A stretch of DNA of 64,000 nucleotides from Marsupella aquatica (GCA_973895155.1 OZ316897.1:11803832-11867831), one strand, 5' to 3'; positions 11,422-25,200 are shown, counted from the stretch's first letter. Made by a program: numbers and translations. The notes: generated by a model not told the origin, from the sequence alone.

Positions 11422-14400
11422 ATGGAGAAACTCGTGGATGAGTTAACGAAAAGGTGAGTTTGTTTCCTTATCATGTAGCTCTCTCATTCGAGTTTATCTA
11501 CTGGAACTCGATCAGAAAGCCCGGAAATATGAGCTGCAGACCACAGTAAAAGTATGCTATAGGACGCAAATTGGGATAGGGGGCATGCTGCTTCTCGGGA
11601 TAGAAAGTCGACCATCTTAGTTCTATGTTTGTCTTAATTAGCGTCCCATATATATGAGTAAGCATCGCGGCTTGTCCATGGTCTACTCTCATTGTTTTCA
11701 TCAACTAGGCCACTCGGAAACTTATGTTCAACCTGAGCTGGATAGGAGTCCAGAAGAATTGACATCCTGCATGTTATTAATTTAATTCGGTTATAAAGCC
11801 GAATTGTCCATTCTTGCGAACCCCGCTATGACCTCTGTTCGATTGGGTAGTGGAATGTCATTCGCATTCTCGTCGAGCAAACTTTTTCCACCTTGAAGTT
11901 GAGAACCGTCACTATGTGCCACGGCGGTTTGACATCGTTTAGTCTCATGTCCGTCTATTTGCAAGCCTGTTCTGGGCGTTGAACACGTATTAGATCTTTT
12001 TAACTCTAACGTGATTTCTGCCCAGAGGGCCATGTGTTTTGCCGTGCATTCGCACACATTTGATGACTTTCAGATTGACAATTAGTGTTATGTGATTCTC
12101 TCTCTGCCTGAAGTACAAGGTTACATTTGTTTGTCAGTTAATTGGATTGCGTCCTGTTGCTCTTGTGTTTTTGAGTCAGACGGTCCTTAACTTCACCATT
12201 TCGGATTTTGAATTCCAGGACCCATTACAAGTCACCTGACAGAAGCGGGCCACTTCTGGAGGTCCCAGTTCATGAGATAGCCATCGGCTGTATTTTACCG
12301 AAACCATTGGATATCAAGAGTACCCAGGAAAATGTCCAAGAAACGACTGCAATTGAGTATCTCAGAAAGGAACTACAGGGTGCAGGACTCCTGGTCGAAA
12401 TTAGTGATGGGGTCCTTTCTGAGGTCTTTTTGAAGGTACTCGGAAGCTCATCATTTGATGAGATCAGGAATACTCAATTAGGTAGTTGGCCATGTGTCAG
12501 TTCGCCATGTGTCACTGTACGAAACACTCAAGCAAACGTATCCTGAAGATTATTGTTGGTCTTTTGACCACCCAGATCGGAGCACCACTTGAAGTTATTG
12601 GACGTGCTGCGGAGAGAGCCCAGTTGAAAAAGCCGACAGATGTGGGTGCGTAATCTATATCTTTTATCTGTGTCCTGACGTATGAGTGCCTCGTGTTATT
12701 GCTTTTGATTGCAAACTTCCATTGAGTTTTGCATGAAGCTATACCGACCCAATGTTGGAAGCATATTGTCGCTCTACCCTTACGTCATAGACTAGAAAAT
12801 TAGCGGAAAAGGGACTGCCTTACGACGTTTTTACCAGTAACTAGCAAATACGGTTTTGGATCTGAATGGAGTATTGGAAAGCTGACTAAGCTGTAGAGTC
12901 ACATCGTTTTTAGTGGGGAAGTCATTTCGAAAGTTGGTTGGTCCCTCCAATTTCCTGCTCTGTTCTCGTTTGTGCAGCAGCATACTGTAGTTAGTTCATT
13001 TTGTTGGGAACAGGATTTCAGTCTTCTGGATTGCATTTCCGTCTTGCCAGGGTTGGAAGTGGTGTTTGATTGGGAGGGAAGAGACTCATTTTTAAGGCAA
13101 CCAGTAGACGGCGCACTGTTCAGTTGGACCGAGCGTTTTCACTGCCTGCGAAGCATAATTCACCAACAGGTAAGACAGTCTTTTGAACTTAACGAGGCTA
13201 ATGTAAATGCGGGCATTCCTCAGGAAATCATTTTAAGGAAACTCTAAATCGTCCTTCAGAGGATTTTTTTTTTATATTTTTGAAAATCCGTTGTGGACAG
13301 TGTTTCGTAGAACAGATTGGTCCTGCCCATTCGCCGAAATTCTGCATGGTTCTTTGCACATGAAAGGTGCCAAATGAGCAGTCTGCATCGAAGTTAGCAG
13401 TTCAGGCTAGCCCGAAGCAGGAAAGAAAGGAGTATCACTGACATACAAAATTGCTCCTCTCCTTACAGAGATCTACTTCGGAGCACCCGCTAAAATTTGA
13501 AAGACCTGACGGGAAAGGACAATTCGAAATAAAGCCAGGAGAACTACTGCTGGCCAAGTTGACTGAAGCAGGGGTTGTGGCAGAAGTTTTTCCCCTGCAT
13601 GGTAATCCGTGATTTGAAAACTCACTGCAAAACTGATTTTCTGAGTGATTGTGATGAACTGGCATTTGAGTATTTGCCCTTGAGATTTTCTTTCTCAACC
13701 AGTGGAATGCCATTGCAGACGAGAAGCGTCGCAAGCAGCTTCTGGAGAAGTGGGCCTACAACTGGCGCGGGTTATGGTCACAGCCTATCGATGAAATCTA
13801 TTCCTACTATGGAGCAAAGGTAGAATTGAACATTTGAGGGGAGTCCCCTTGTATTTTGTCAGTTTCACGATTCAAATGGTATTATGCAATATTTAAATAC
13901 AGCTAGCGTACGACTAATCATAGAATTGCTAAACACACACTTCTCGTACTTTCTGTACAACTTTAAACATCTTGTTTCCGGCGGATAATGTTTTTCTTTA
14001 ACCCAGTAAATCCCTGGTTGGTATGAAGCCTCGGATTGACTCTTCGGGGTTTCCGCATGGAGGCAAGTAGCCGATCATTTTATGAACGAGGAAGAGCAAC
14101 TAGATGATTATTGCTAGTTTGCTCTTGTTCCTACTCTGCGTAATAGTTGCTAATTACATTACCTCGATTTCTTGTAGGTGGCAATATATTTTGCATTTCT
14201 GGGGATGTACACGAAATGGCTAACATTCCCAGCAGCATTAGGAACGCTCCTATGGTTTAAGAATTTTGGGTGGGTAACATATTATTTGTTTTCATATTCT
14301 TTATTAAAACTATGGCTGTTTAAGTTCTGACAATTAAGTTTAGATGGCACTTGAGGTATCAATAACTCGCTGGGTGTTGGACAAATCTGTGTTTGTACCT

Positions 14401-17400
14401 CTAGATTGTCTCGAATCTTGACTGATAGACATCTGAAAAATCATTATACTACTATAGTACATAAGCTGACAGCTTGTGGAACTTGCGTTGCTGTTCTGGC
14501 AACTGGATGCTTGGGCTCAGATCCTGGGAACCAGCTTTACCGCCATTGTTCTCCATGACGGTGATTGTGTGGGCTGTGCTCTTTTTACAATTTTGGAAGC
14601 GCCGCAATTCAGAACTCCAATCGAGGTAATTGTCACACCATTCTAAGGGGTACCTAAAACAGGACAAATTCATTTCAACCCCTGGCAAGAAGAAGACAAA
14701 GCCTTTATGTTCGCCCTTTTATGAGGAAAGCTTCCCTTGTGTTTCCTCGCGGATCATACGTACAGGATACCTTCTGGTAGCCTCCTCTTCATTGTCACAA
14801 TAAGTGCTCTGGATTGGTGCGAACAGAATCTTTGAAGCTTACTGAATATGCTGCGGTCGTTTTGTTTTGTAGGTGGGGAATGGTCGTTGAGGATCCTGAA
14901 GTTCGAGCAATGAGGGCTAAGATGACTGATGACGAAGGTTCAGTCCATGTACCCTCAGACTTAAGTGAGGATGAAAGTCGCTCTCTGGAAAACGACGAAT
15001 GGAAGGGGCGACTAAGGAGTTTGAGGAACAACGGAACTGTCTTTGTTGGCATTGTATGCATACAGTTGCCCTTTGAACTGCTTTACGCGCACCTGAACAA
15101 GATCGCTCATTATGATATCATTCGGTAACATATCTACTGCCTGTCAAGCACAACCTTATTTTCGCAGTAGCTTGGTATGAAGTAAACTTGTAATGTGCAT
15201 GGAGTGTCCTTGTTTTAGCAGGGATGGAATGGCGTTGTGTAAGAGGAATAACTGATCAACATTTAATACTCAGGTATTGTCTCACGGGTGTGTACATTCT
15301 TGTCATCCAAAATGCAACGAAGTTTGGGGGTCAGCTCGCCTTGAACATGGTTAAGTCACAAAAATACAAAAGCAGGGAGGCAGAAGCTGATGGCCTTATA
15401 TACAAGGTATGTGGGAGATGCAGTTAGAATGGAATAGGTAGATTACTTCTCTATTATTCTTTTCAAAAGGTACCTGAGGCGTTCTTTCGTGCTGTCCTTT
15501 CATTTGCCGTTGGGAACAGACTGTTACGACATCTGCTGCCCGTGTAAACTTTAGCGGTTAAAAGTCTGTTCGAGCTTATTGCTGACAAAGTTTGAGCCGA
15601 CATAATGTTATGCTCTTTTGGCGTCCTTGCAGGTCTTTGGAATTTATTTTATGCAGTCCTACATAGGGTTGTTCTATCATGCACTTTTTCACCGGGACTT
15701 TTTTGTCTTACGCCAATTGCTGATTCAACGATTAATTGTATCCCAGGTAGGTCTTCGTATACGTGACATGTTAGATTTACAATACGCGAATTGTGTGCAG
15801 ATTCAAATTTTCTCACATCTTTCCTCATATAAGAATTATGGTGTGTAGTTTTGAGATAGTATTTATCTGAAGTGCATGCTTATCTGATTCTTAAGTCCTT
15901 TTTTCGAACAAGCCCACGTGACCACTCATTACAAGGGTGCAATACTGTCCGCAGTTTTGTTGTTGTACATCTGTCGGTGGGCAGATCCATGTATGAATTT
16001 GCAGTAATGTAAGTCCGCAAAGGAATGTCATCAGAGATGTAGCGATTTCAGTGGAAAACATCTTGGGCAGTAACTACCGTCCGGGCTACTTTAGCGGACT
16101 AATGATGGAGCTGGTTTGTTTGTGTAGCTAATGAACAACGTCACGGAGAATCTCATACCGTATCTGACATACCGTTATGCCGAGTACAAAGCCTTCAAGT
16201 ATGTGCACTGGTCCTGGCAAAGTGTCTTCCATCTGCGATCTCTCACTATTTCTAGTAGCTGCCACTAGAGCACATGGTTGTGTTTCTTAGGTCCTACAGG
16301 TGATTAGCGATGCTCCAGTCCTTGTCTGTGTCCCCCCAACTGTCTTGAAAATGTATGAATGGGAGAGTGGACTCTTGGTTATCCTACAGAAAGGATCAAG
16401 AATTGAAGAAGGCCGCTGGGGAGAAAGTGGTAGATCATCATGCGACACCGATTGAAAAAGAGAAGTTGAAACCAACTTATTGCTCGAGTATACCAAGTGA
16501 TCTCGAGGATGGTTTATTCGATGGTAAGTAACCTTGTGACACTCTTGACTGCACGCATTAATGGGCGAGGGGTGATACCCAGTTAATAGATGTGTCTACG
16601 TGAGGCTCTTATAATCCCTGAGGTTGCCTTTTGGCATGAAGTATTCCAACCTCTGGTAGTTTGTATCCAGACTATAGAAATAAAGCTTGTTGGTGGAGTA
16701 GATCCAAGACGTTATGAAATGCTGATAAGCTATGCCCAGGTTTATGGAAAGATAACCCATTGAACTCGCTCTGGAACTGACTCCAACGGATTTGACGTTG
16801 TGACGGCTGGATTATGTTCAGATTATCTGGAGCTTGCGTTACAATTTGGCATGGTGGCAATGTTTGCTTGCGCACTTCCCTTGGTGGCAACCTTCGCTTT
16901 CATTGTAAGGATGAGCTTGAAATTTTTTCTTGTATTATTGACTTCTCCCACTTGCGTACCAAAAACGAATGAATTTGAGTCGTCATGGCTGGATTTCTGG
17001 TATCTCAACGATCCCTTAATGTTTGTTGCTCTAAATAGATTTGCAGTCTAGAAAGTGAGCGAGGTCTCTCATCTTACGTTAGGAAGGGAAGACATGGTCA
17101 TATTATGTTTCACTGAAACGAGGCCAACTGTTGGATATATGAGAGTGAGCAAGTCAGTCAGCTTTCTCTTATAGAATGGCACTGTATAAGTCATGATTGT
17201 GCCGTTGATCATCATTTTCTGATGCTTGGGAACGTGACAACGTGTACAGAATAACTTGATGGAGATTCGTTCTGACTCATTCAAGCTTCTTGGCCTCATG
17301 AGAAGGCCAGTTCCCCGAGCCTCATCTTCAGTCGGTGCTTGGCTTCAAATTTTCCAGGTATACGCCAAATGTTTTGTCGTCGTATTTGAACAATTCAATT

Positions 17401-18150
17401 TGAAAATTGTGTACAACAGTCAGCTACTGGGATACGACAAGTATGCCATTATGTTATTTTAGATCCATTATAAAATGGAGTGTGGCATGTCGAGTCCATC
17501 GACAAAATGGTTAGACATGATTTTACTGATACATGTATGTTAAACTCTGCAGCATCTAGGCGTGGCAGCTATTGTGACGAATTGTGCCCTTCTCGTATGC
17601 CTATTTGATGAGGTGGGACGATGGTCAGTCGAGCCAGGTCTTGCTGCAATCCTTGTGATGGAGCATGTGCTTGTCTTGACGAAAGTCGGATTCTCCTGGT
17701 TTATTCCAGAGGTGAGCAATTTACACAGCCTGATAGGATCCGTTTGACGCCTTTCTCAACAACCAACAGCTATGTTAAACTATCTGTCAACTACATCGAA
17801 GAATTCCTTTTGAACTCTGATAAAGATTTTGTATGCGTCTCCGTGATGGCTATATGATTCTTCTTTTGAAAATACGATTCAACAGTCATAAGTTTTGGTG
17901 CCGGACTTAAGTATTCTATGTGCTGTGTGCTGGGCAAGTGGGAAACGGCCCTTCGCAGATTCAGCTGCTTTTGAAGCTTATTGCAGTGATCTAACTAGTT
18001 GGAGAGCTAGGCCATAGTTTGCTGATTCGTTGGGTGATTTGTGAACAGGAACCAGCCTGGGTGAAGGCAAAGAGATTGAGGCGGGTGCAAATGCAAAGCA
18101 TGGTGTCACCCCAATTACTCGCCTTACTAGAGAAGACGAGAAATAGGTAG
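11422..18150 (+). CDS. Anoctamin/TMEM16-like protein (At1g73020-like Ca2+-activated scramblase/channel family), 674 aa, 17 exons
   Basis: Exons 11422-11453, 12219-12435, 12576-12645, 13051-13169, 13469-13601, 13719-13819, 14178-14269, 14521-14625, 14873-15124, 15274-15406, 15633-15746, 16128-16198, 16390-16523, 16822-16904, 17250-17357, 17553-17711 and 18049-18150 total 2025 nt in frame. Family motifs: [77 protein letters not shown]. The first exon is the least certain. Confidence 0.93.
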
Positions 18151-18942
18151 TATGTGAGAAGATATTTTCTTACTTTGGATGCACATAATCTTCTAGAACG
18201 ATTGAAAAAATGATTCTGGCCTTTCCGTTTGGATTCATAGTGATACTATGGGGCGTTCAGGGCTTGATTTGACTGAAGTCCACCTGTGACTTGATTGAAG
18301 ATCACGGGCGCAAATGTGGAATTCACAATGTGTAATACTTGTTTTTTGTTTTGTTTTCCTTCGTTAACGATTTTCAGTTTGCCATGAAGAGTCCAGTGCA
18401 ATGTTCGTTTCTGCTGCTTTCTTGTCTGATTGATCCAAGCCTTTGCTCCCCTACATGCACATTTATGGAACATCTTCCTGGTATGCCAAAACTGCATTTA
18501 GATTGCTGTTAGAGAACCTCAAATGATTACGCTATTTCCTATGCCAACACCATCATGACCCAACCACCTAAAGATCCTCAGAAAGCCTTCCTGGTACGAG
18601 AACTTTTCGGGAAACCGGCTTCCTCTCAACGTGAATGCAATTTGGGAGGCATGGTTATATCGTCTTGACCCAGGCGACCGGGTTGCTCACTGGGTCCTGG
18701 CAGATCTTGATCGAACAGTGTTCTGCCACAGCCGAAAGGTGCTCCGTGTGGGACAGAGGCTAGCAACTCGGAGCTCCATTTGGGCTGGTTTTGTGGAAGC
18801 CAACTAGAAGCCCGCAGTTTCCATAGCTCGAAGGACCTTTTGCGTTCGAGCTCGTGGCACCCATAGCTCCCAACTTTTGCCACCTCTAGACACATTTCTC
18901 TTTGGGCACCACCTTGTATATTGGTTGAAGGCCTACATGTAC

Positions 18943-19175
18943 GGGCTTCCAACCAGCCTCCCATTCAGGTCTTTCAAGTGTTGAAAATTGAGATGATAGA
19001 ACTCAAGTATAGAGGAGAGAGTTTGGGGACACTTTTGAAAAGCACAAGCATATTGGTTAAATACCCACTTGCGTGGGCTTGTTCCAACCAGCGTCCCCCT
19101 GAGATCGTTCGAGTGTTGAAAATTGAGATAAGCTAATTCAAGTATAGGGGAGAGCTTTGGGACATTTTGAAAAGC
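18943..19175. repeat. Degenerate direct repeat, about 133-bp period
   Basis: GGGCTT..CCAACCAGC...GTGTTGAAAATTGAGAT...TCAAGTATAG.GGAGAG..TTGGGACA.TTTGAAAAGC is present twice. Confidence 0.75.
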
Positions 19176-19257
19176 TTTCTTTTGCACAAGTTGAGAACTA
19201 CAAGAGCGCTCTCACCTGTTGGACTATAAGCACTGCTGTGACAAGGGTGATTCCTGT

Positions 19258-19444
19258 GCTGTGGGCCACCCTTGTTGTAAGGTGGCTTTGAATGAACTAG
19301 TCCCAACTACCTGGCTTTGAATGAACTAGTCCCAACTACCTGTTCTAACCGCTGTGGGCCACCCTTGTTGTAAGGTGGCTTTGAATGAACTAGTCCCAAC
19401 TACCTGGCTTTGAATGAACTAGTCCCAACTACCTGTTCTAACCG
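19258..19444. repeat. Perfect 93-bp tandem duplication, each unit containing a doubled 29-mer
   Basis: Units start at 19258 and 19351. TGGCTTTGAATGAACTAGTCCCAACTACC occurs 4 times. Confidence 0.95.
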
Positions 19445-22400
19445 AAATAGTGAGGAGGACAATAAAAAGTCACCATAACATTTCTTATTCACATTCTTTG
19501 AAGGTTAAAAAAATGATAATAAAAATGTCATCAAAATATATTTTTTATTCACATTCTCTGAAAGTTAAAAAAAATGGTCAAATAAATTATCATACAGGTA
19601 ATCATTTTAATAATCATATATAATATACTATATTCTTTTCTATGTACATCTCTCTATGCACATGTATGTTAGGTGACCATAAAATCCACTTTTTAATGTA
19701 AATATAAATCATAACAAATGGTATACATGCTTATCATTTGACATACATCATGGTTAGGAGTTCTCATGTCCATATGATGAGCCATGAAGTTATTATCTAG
19801 AGGCTCCACTCTAGGAGCCTAGGCCCCAACTATAGCTTGTACTTGGCGTATTATAAGTTAAAAAAAATTAAGGCAAAAGCAATGAAGGAATCTCATTCAA
19901 CCATTGAAACAATATTACACTGAGCTAAGGACATTTTCACAAAAGTGACTTAACTTTTGTATAGATTTACTATTCCAAGTCAGCTGCCTGGAAGGTGCTC
20001 AAACTGTGGCTTAATTCCTATTAGGAAGAAAGGTTACCGGTGGGTACCCTTTTCTTCTAGCTGCTACCATTTCTATTCCCTTGCGCTGGAATATCCTACC
20101 TGGTATTTCCATACCCCTGTGCCCGAAAATTTCTTTTTAGTATTTGTTGTTCCAGACAGGTATTACATGCAAAAAAGACTGTTTGGACCTGGGCTCTAGT
20201 CTGAAACTTGTTCCCACAAAGCTCAGAAAAACTCATTTACTCACTTCTGGTCACAGGGCTATAGGCTAGTAACCTTAGACCAACCGGTCATGACCCTATA
20301 CTTCTGCTCTATTCAAACCACTAGGAGATCTGGCTACATATTTGAATGGAGCGCTATGCATAACATGTTGCTCCTCTCAATCAACGTTGTGGTGATCAAT
20401 ATTATGGAAAGGACTTTGGAATACAAGTCTATGGTGTCTAAGTGCAGGCTCTTGGGAAGACACCCTAAGCCTGCACTTATCCACATTATGCACTATGTCA
20501 TGAGCATGGGCATTATTTATGCACTTCTCCATATGTGCATGTTGAAATTTTCAATAAGTACATGTGAAATCACTTATGCACTGCCTCAAGTGTCTTGTCA
20601 GGTCATATGCATCCGACTGCTCAAACCCGGAATCCTCATACTGCACGATGCAATTATGTTGCAATAATTGATTGATGCATGTGCACTCTTATAGACTATC
20701 TGGTTTTTAGTGATGACTACTTGCACTTACACACTGCATCTTTTGGTGCATTTACAAAGAAAAATGTAGTAATATTGGGGACTACAGGACCACTCCAGCT
20801 ACCCCCAGAATGCACTTATACATCCTGCACTTATCCACAATAGACTTATCCACAAGAGGAAGAATGCTTGTTATATTTTACCATCGTCGAAGTATTCGTT
20901 CTTTCATTGTCTCCGAGCTCAACTTCTGGTTTTCTATCTTTTGCTTGGGAATATCTCTTTTAAACCACATGGCTTCCCTGGCCTGCCGCAATCCATTTTC
21001 TTCAAGAGTTGTCCACATCCCAATGCTAGGGGACAGTGTTTAGCTGTCATTGATTTAAAGAAAATATCACACATAAAAATGTGATAATATAAGGTGTGCA
21101 ACACTCATTGATTTAAAGAAAATATCACACATCAAAGTGTGATAATATATGTGCATTTATTATTTTAAAGAAATTACCAGTGATGTTGTGATATACCATA
21201 TATGTTGATGGTGATAATATATGTGCATTCATTATTTAAAGAAAACTATCAGATTTATCAGGGCATGGAGTACCATGATGTTGTACACCATATATGGTAT
21301 GTGTAACTTGGAGTCACAGGGACCCCACATCAGGTAGTGTCGGGGTGATTCGAGGTCCTCCTGGATACCTTGAAGTAGGCACCACGGACGATCCTTAAAT
21401 TTTACAACTTACGATGATTGTGTATTTGTTGGGTAGTAAAACGACGGACTCCCACTGCTGGCTTTCAATGATCTCACAACGGTGTGTGGAAGTGTTTCCC
21501 TGTCGTTGTGAATCAACCTTGGCCGGGAGTGAATCCTTTCGTGGAAGTCTGAGTGCAAGCTCTTTAATTTAAGCGACTGCTCTGTTGATTTCTCTCGTCT
21601 CCAGGAACAAATTCAAATTAGAAGTTCATGACGCTGGAAGGAACATGCGTTTCACAATCAAACTATGACACTCTGTTCGTTGTAGCTGGAATCAGAATTG
21701 GTTTTTGACATGCTTACTTGTTGGACTTAGATCGGGATGATTTAATGGTAATTCTCAAGTAAGGATTTCGACTCTCTTGACATTCGTTCATGGTGAGAAT
21801 AGTACAAGTCTATACAAGACAGCAATGAGCAAAAGAAAGTAGAAAGTAGAAAGTCCACACCATGTGTGGAAAGTTGGAATTGTGACTCCCACCACGAGAA
21901 AAAGACAAATTGACATAAACATGGAGCTGTGCGTGTCGAGGAGAAAGTGGAAGATGGACACCAATAATTGAAATAAGGATGGAAGACACAACACAACTGT
22001 TCCGCAGATTCGAGCAAAGGGTCAACTCAACAATATCACATACAAACAAAGGAAAAGGTCGAGCGTGCTTGCGGAAGTCTTAAAACAAAAACTCCTTGCA
22101 ACCAAATCCAATAAGAGCACTTCATTTCCTTGTGTCTCATTCATCAGCTCCGCCCATTGACAACACGAGGATTTCCGAGGAAAGAAACTACTCGACATAC
22201 CGAGAACTTGGCGAGTGCCATGGTTCCTTTAACTCCCCAAGACATGTTTGTCCCCTTCCTCATAACATGTCAGTTCAGGTCACTTTCAAATGATTTCCAA
22301 GGGGGTAAAAAAATACTCTACAGCAGGGAGAACCTGGCATTTGCCATGCTTCTCAGAACCCCTTCAAGAGCTGTTCATCCCAACAGGACAGTTCAGGCCG

Positions 22401-22717
22401 GGAGTCAATCAGAACTTTCTACCGCCAAGACTCTAAGAACTGGGAATACGAAGAATCTCATCCAGCAATCCTATGATTTGTCAACCACATCATCTCTCAT
22501 CTGTCAGAAAACCCCTCGACAGACGTTCCTGGACTGTAATTTTAACGGATCCTTGTATCTTACATTTCCTTAGAAGAAGCTTTACTCCGAATTGCTCATT
22601 TGTGCTTCTCAGTTTGTATCCAGGACAAAGATACCAATAACAGTTCCCACCCAAAATGTACCTGTTATGAAATCAATCACATGCTCCTGCTTGACAGTGT
22701 TTCTGTGAATGGATATA

Positions 22718-23644
22718 TTATTTCTTGCCTTCGAGACCATCATTGCCTGGGAACAATTCATTGAGGTTCATGGCACCAATGCAGAAACCAGTGAAGAAAG
22801 GGGCCTCGGGCATGCCCCGTCTGAAATGGAAAACTAGAGCTTTCTTCCCATGTCGTAAGGCAGCACTTTGTATCCTCATGCAATCCATACACTGTGGATA
22901 GAGCCTTTGATGCACCACTTTGGGAGCCGTAGCAGGAAACGGTAAAATCGAAGCCACCCTTTTAAAAAGCGAGGGAGCTTCAGATTGTGGCCCATTTGCC
23001 GCCCATCCCCTCCCATGTGCAATCACATTGGGTGGCATATGATCTGCAATGCTGTCTCCCCCCTTTTTCCCACAATGGTGACAGCCGTGCTTCCGGTACA
23101 AATCTTGGATCAGGCCCTGCTCCACCTCGTTGGCATACTTGGGCCCTCGAGCTGGTATGGACCCACGAGCCAGAGCCCCTGGCTTGACAACATTGCTGGG
23201 CATCAGATTCCGGCAGCTGCCACCCAGAACCTTGAATGCAATCACCCCAAACACAGCATTGATGAGAAGCTTTTCTCTAGAGAGTAGATTCTCTTCAAGG
23301 GACTTCCTCGAGAACTTCCCAAATCCAGGGAACGACTTATTCCCATGACGATCTTCACAGAGCTTTCGAAGACTGTATGAGACCTGAGCGGACGCAGCAG
23401 ATGCGCCACAGAGTGCCATACATCCCATAACCGATGCTAGTGCTGGGGTGGCACACGATATGCCTGCCGCTGCTCCAGCTGCTTGGGCAGCCACCAAGGT
23501 GCCTCCGAAAGCCAGTGCTGCGCCAGAGGGGGGGACAAGGAAGAGAGCGACCCGTTTGATCAAGCCCTGTTGCTGTAGCTGTTCATCCACCACGGATCGG
23601 ATCTTCGCCAAGGCGACATCTACTGAGGGAGGTATCATTCCCAT
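22718..23644 (-). CDS. Uncharacterised 308-aa protein with hydrophobic Gly/Ala-rich N-terminal helices and a putative Zn-binding HNH-like (beta-beta-alpha-Me) domain
   Basis: Uninterrupted 927-nt ATG-initiated ORF. Motifs: PGALARGSIPARGP (SIPARGP about 23161-23141), GCHHCG (23086-23069), IADHMPPN (DHMPP about 23044-23030), QRLYPQCMDC (LYPQCMDC about 22903-22880). The ORF is well supported, but the nuclease call is an inference. Confidence 0.8.
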   Translation of the reverse strand: MGMIPPSVDVALAKIRSVVDEQLQQQGLIKRVALFLVPPSGAALAFGGTLVAAQAAGAAAGISCATPALASVMGCMALCGASAASAQVSYSLRKLCEDRHGNKSFPGFGKFSRKSLEENLLSREKLLINAVFGVIAFKVLGGSCRNLMPSNVVKPGALARGSIPARGPKYANEVEQGLIQDLYRKHGCHHCGKKGGDSIADHMPPNVIAHGRGWAANGPQSEAPSLFKRVASILPFPATAPKVVHQRLYPQCMDCMRIQSAALRHGKKALVFHFRRGMPEAPFFTGFCIGAMNLNELFPGNDGLEGKK

Positions 23645-24389
23645 CGATGTAACTTCTCCCTCTGGCTGCTGAATCTATGTCACTTGAGCCACGGCGATGG
23701 ATTGTCTATCATCTGCTGCCCTACCCAAAACCCCTCAGGACCTGTCTCTAGCCACCTGATGTACGTAGGAAACGAAATTCTTCTCTCTTAGGGGGCGCTG
23801 AATCTATCTCACTGAAGCACCGGAGCCCAATTCTCCTTGTCATCTGGTTTCATAAATGAAGCCGTTTCGAATTTCTCTTGAGCCACATGACAAATGAAGG
23901 ACGGACGTGTGGTAAGTCATCGAGTCAGACGCAAATTGGCCGCGGCTCTTGTCAACATTATGGTCAGCCCGAGACAATTGCACGTTCCGCTTCATGTTTC
24001 GCTAGTTATCCACTCACTTGCGCCACAAAAGTAAGGGAGAGCGGGCACGCATTGAATTTGGAAGATAGCGTGCACACTACAGAGTTTTGCTTCTCTGTTT
24101 CGTCACCAATTGTGAGCAACTGCTCCCCCATCTTGCGTGTGAACTATACTGCAGTCACAACCTTTCGACTTCGTTGTTGCAGGTAGCGATCCTCCTCCCC
24201 CTCCTCCCTGCTGCTCTCCTCCAACGGCAACTGTATCCTGAATCTACAAAATTGGCAAGGATATTAGCGAGTTGCTTCGAGGTTTCCCAAAATAAATCCT
24301 AACAGCATCTTCAACTGAGTTCGAGCCTTTGTCTAGGTTTCGACAGGATCCAGCGGAAAAAGGACAAAACCATGCGATCATAAATTCCT

Positions 24390-25200
24390 TGTATGATCTC
24401 TGGTCAGTGGCCTTCAATATCGATCAGTTCTCATCACAAAATTGTTTTCCTTCGTCTAGTCTCCAACTTGCTCTCCATTCATCAGTCACAACAGTCAAAA
24501 GAAACTGCCGCAAAGCCTCCAGGATAACAGTGAGTTGCTACTGGGATCGAATTTGAAACCTACAGGCTGAAATAGTAAATAAAGCATGTCCAAGATCTCC
24601 ATTCATCAGCAACAAATTCAAAATAAATCCGTTCTCATCACAACATTGGTTTCCTTCGTCTAGTCTCGAACTTACTCTCCATTCATCAATCGCAGCAGTC
24701 AATGCCAGCAGTAGAAACTGCCGCAAAGCCTTCAGGACTAAAGTGAGTTGCTACTGGGATTGGATTTGAAACCTGTAGGCTTAAAACGGAAAAATCTATG
24801 TCCAAAATGGATCGTAATTTCAGGAACTGTACAGCAGAGGCGTTCGTTTCTATGGTCTCTCGTCAGTGATCCATCATACTCTCACCTTTCCTTCATCAAC
24901 TTGCCAGCTTAATCTCGATTTATCGGTCACAACAGTTAATGCCCACAGTAGAAACTGCCGCAAAGCCTTGCAGGAGATAAAGCGAGATCCTACTCGAATT
25001 GATTTCGATAACCTGAAAACAGAAAGAAAAACACACATCCAAACTAGGTCACAAACTCAGGAATTCAGGAGCTGTACATCAAAGCCTTTCCTTCTGATCT
25101 CTGGTCAGTGACCTTCAAACACAATCCGCATCCGTCACAACTGGTCCTTCCGTTTACGGCACTCTCCAACTCTCCATTCATCAGTGACATCGATTCATGT
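24390..25200. repeat. Degenerate repeats of about 200-240 bp (3-4 copies) upstream of the 308-aa gene
   Basis: AGAAACTGCCGCAAAGCC occurs at about 24500, 24713 and 24950. CTCCATTCATCA and GTGAGTTGCTACTGGGAT also recur. Confidence 0.7.

Noticed and set aside
19284-19434. Four identical 29-bp repeats as a CRISPR array
   Set aside because: The copies abut directly and are explained by nested tandem duplication.
22130-22573. 147-aa plus-strand ORF
   Set aside because: Non-ATG start, no motif, and it lies antisense to the probable 3' region of the 308-aa gene.
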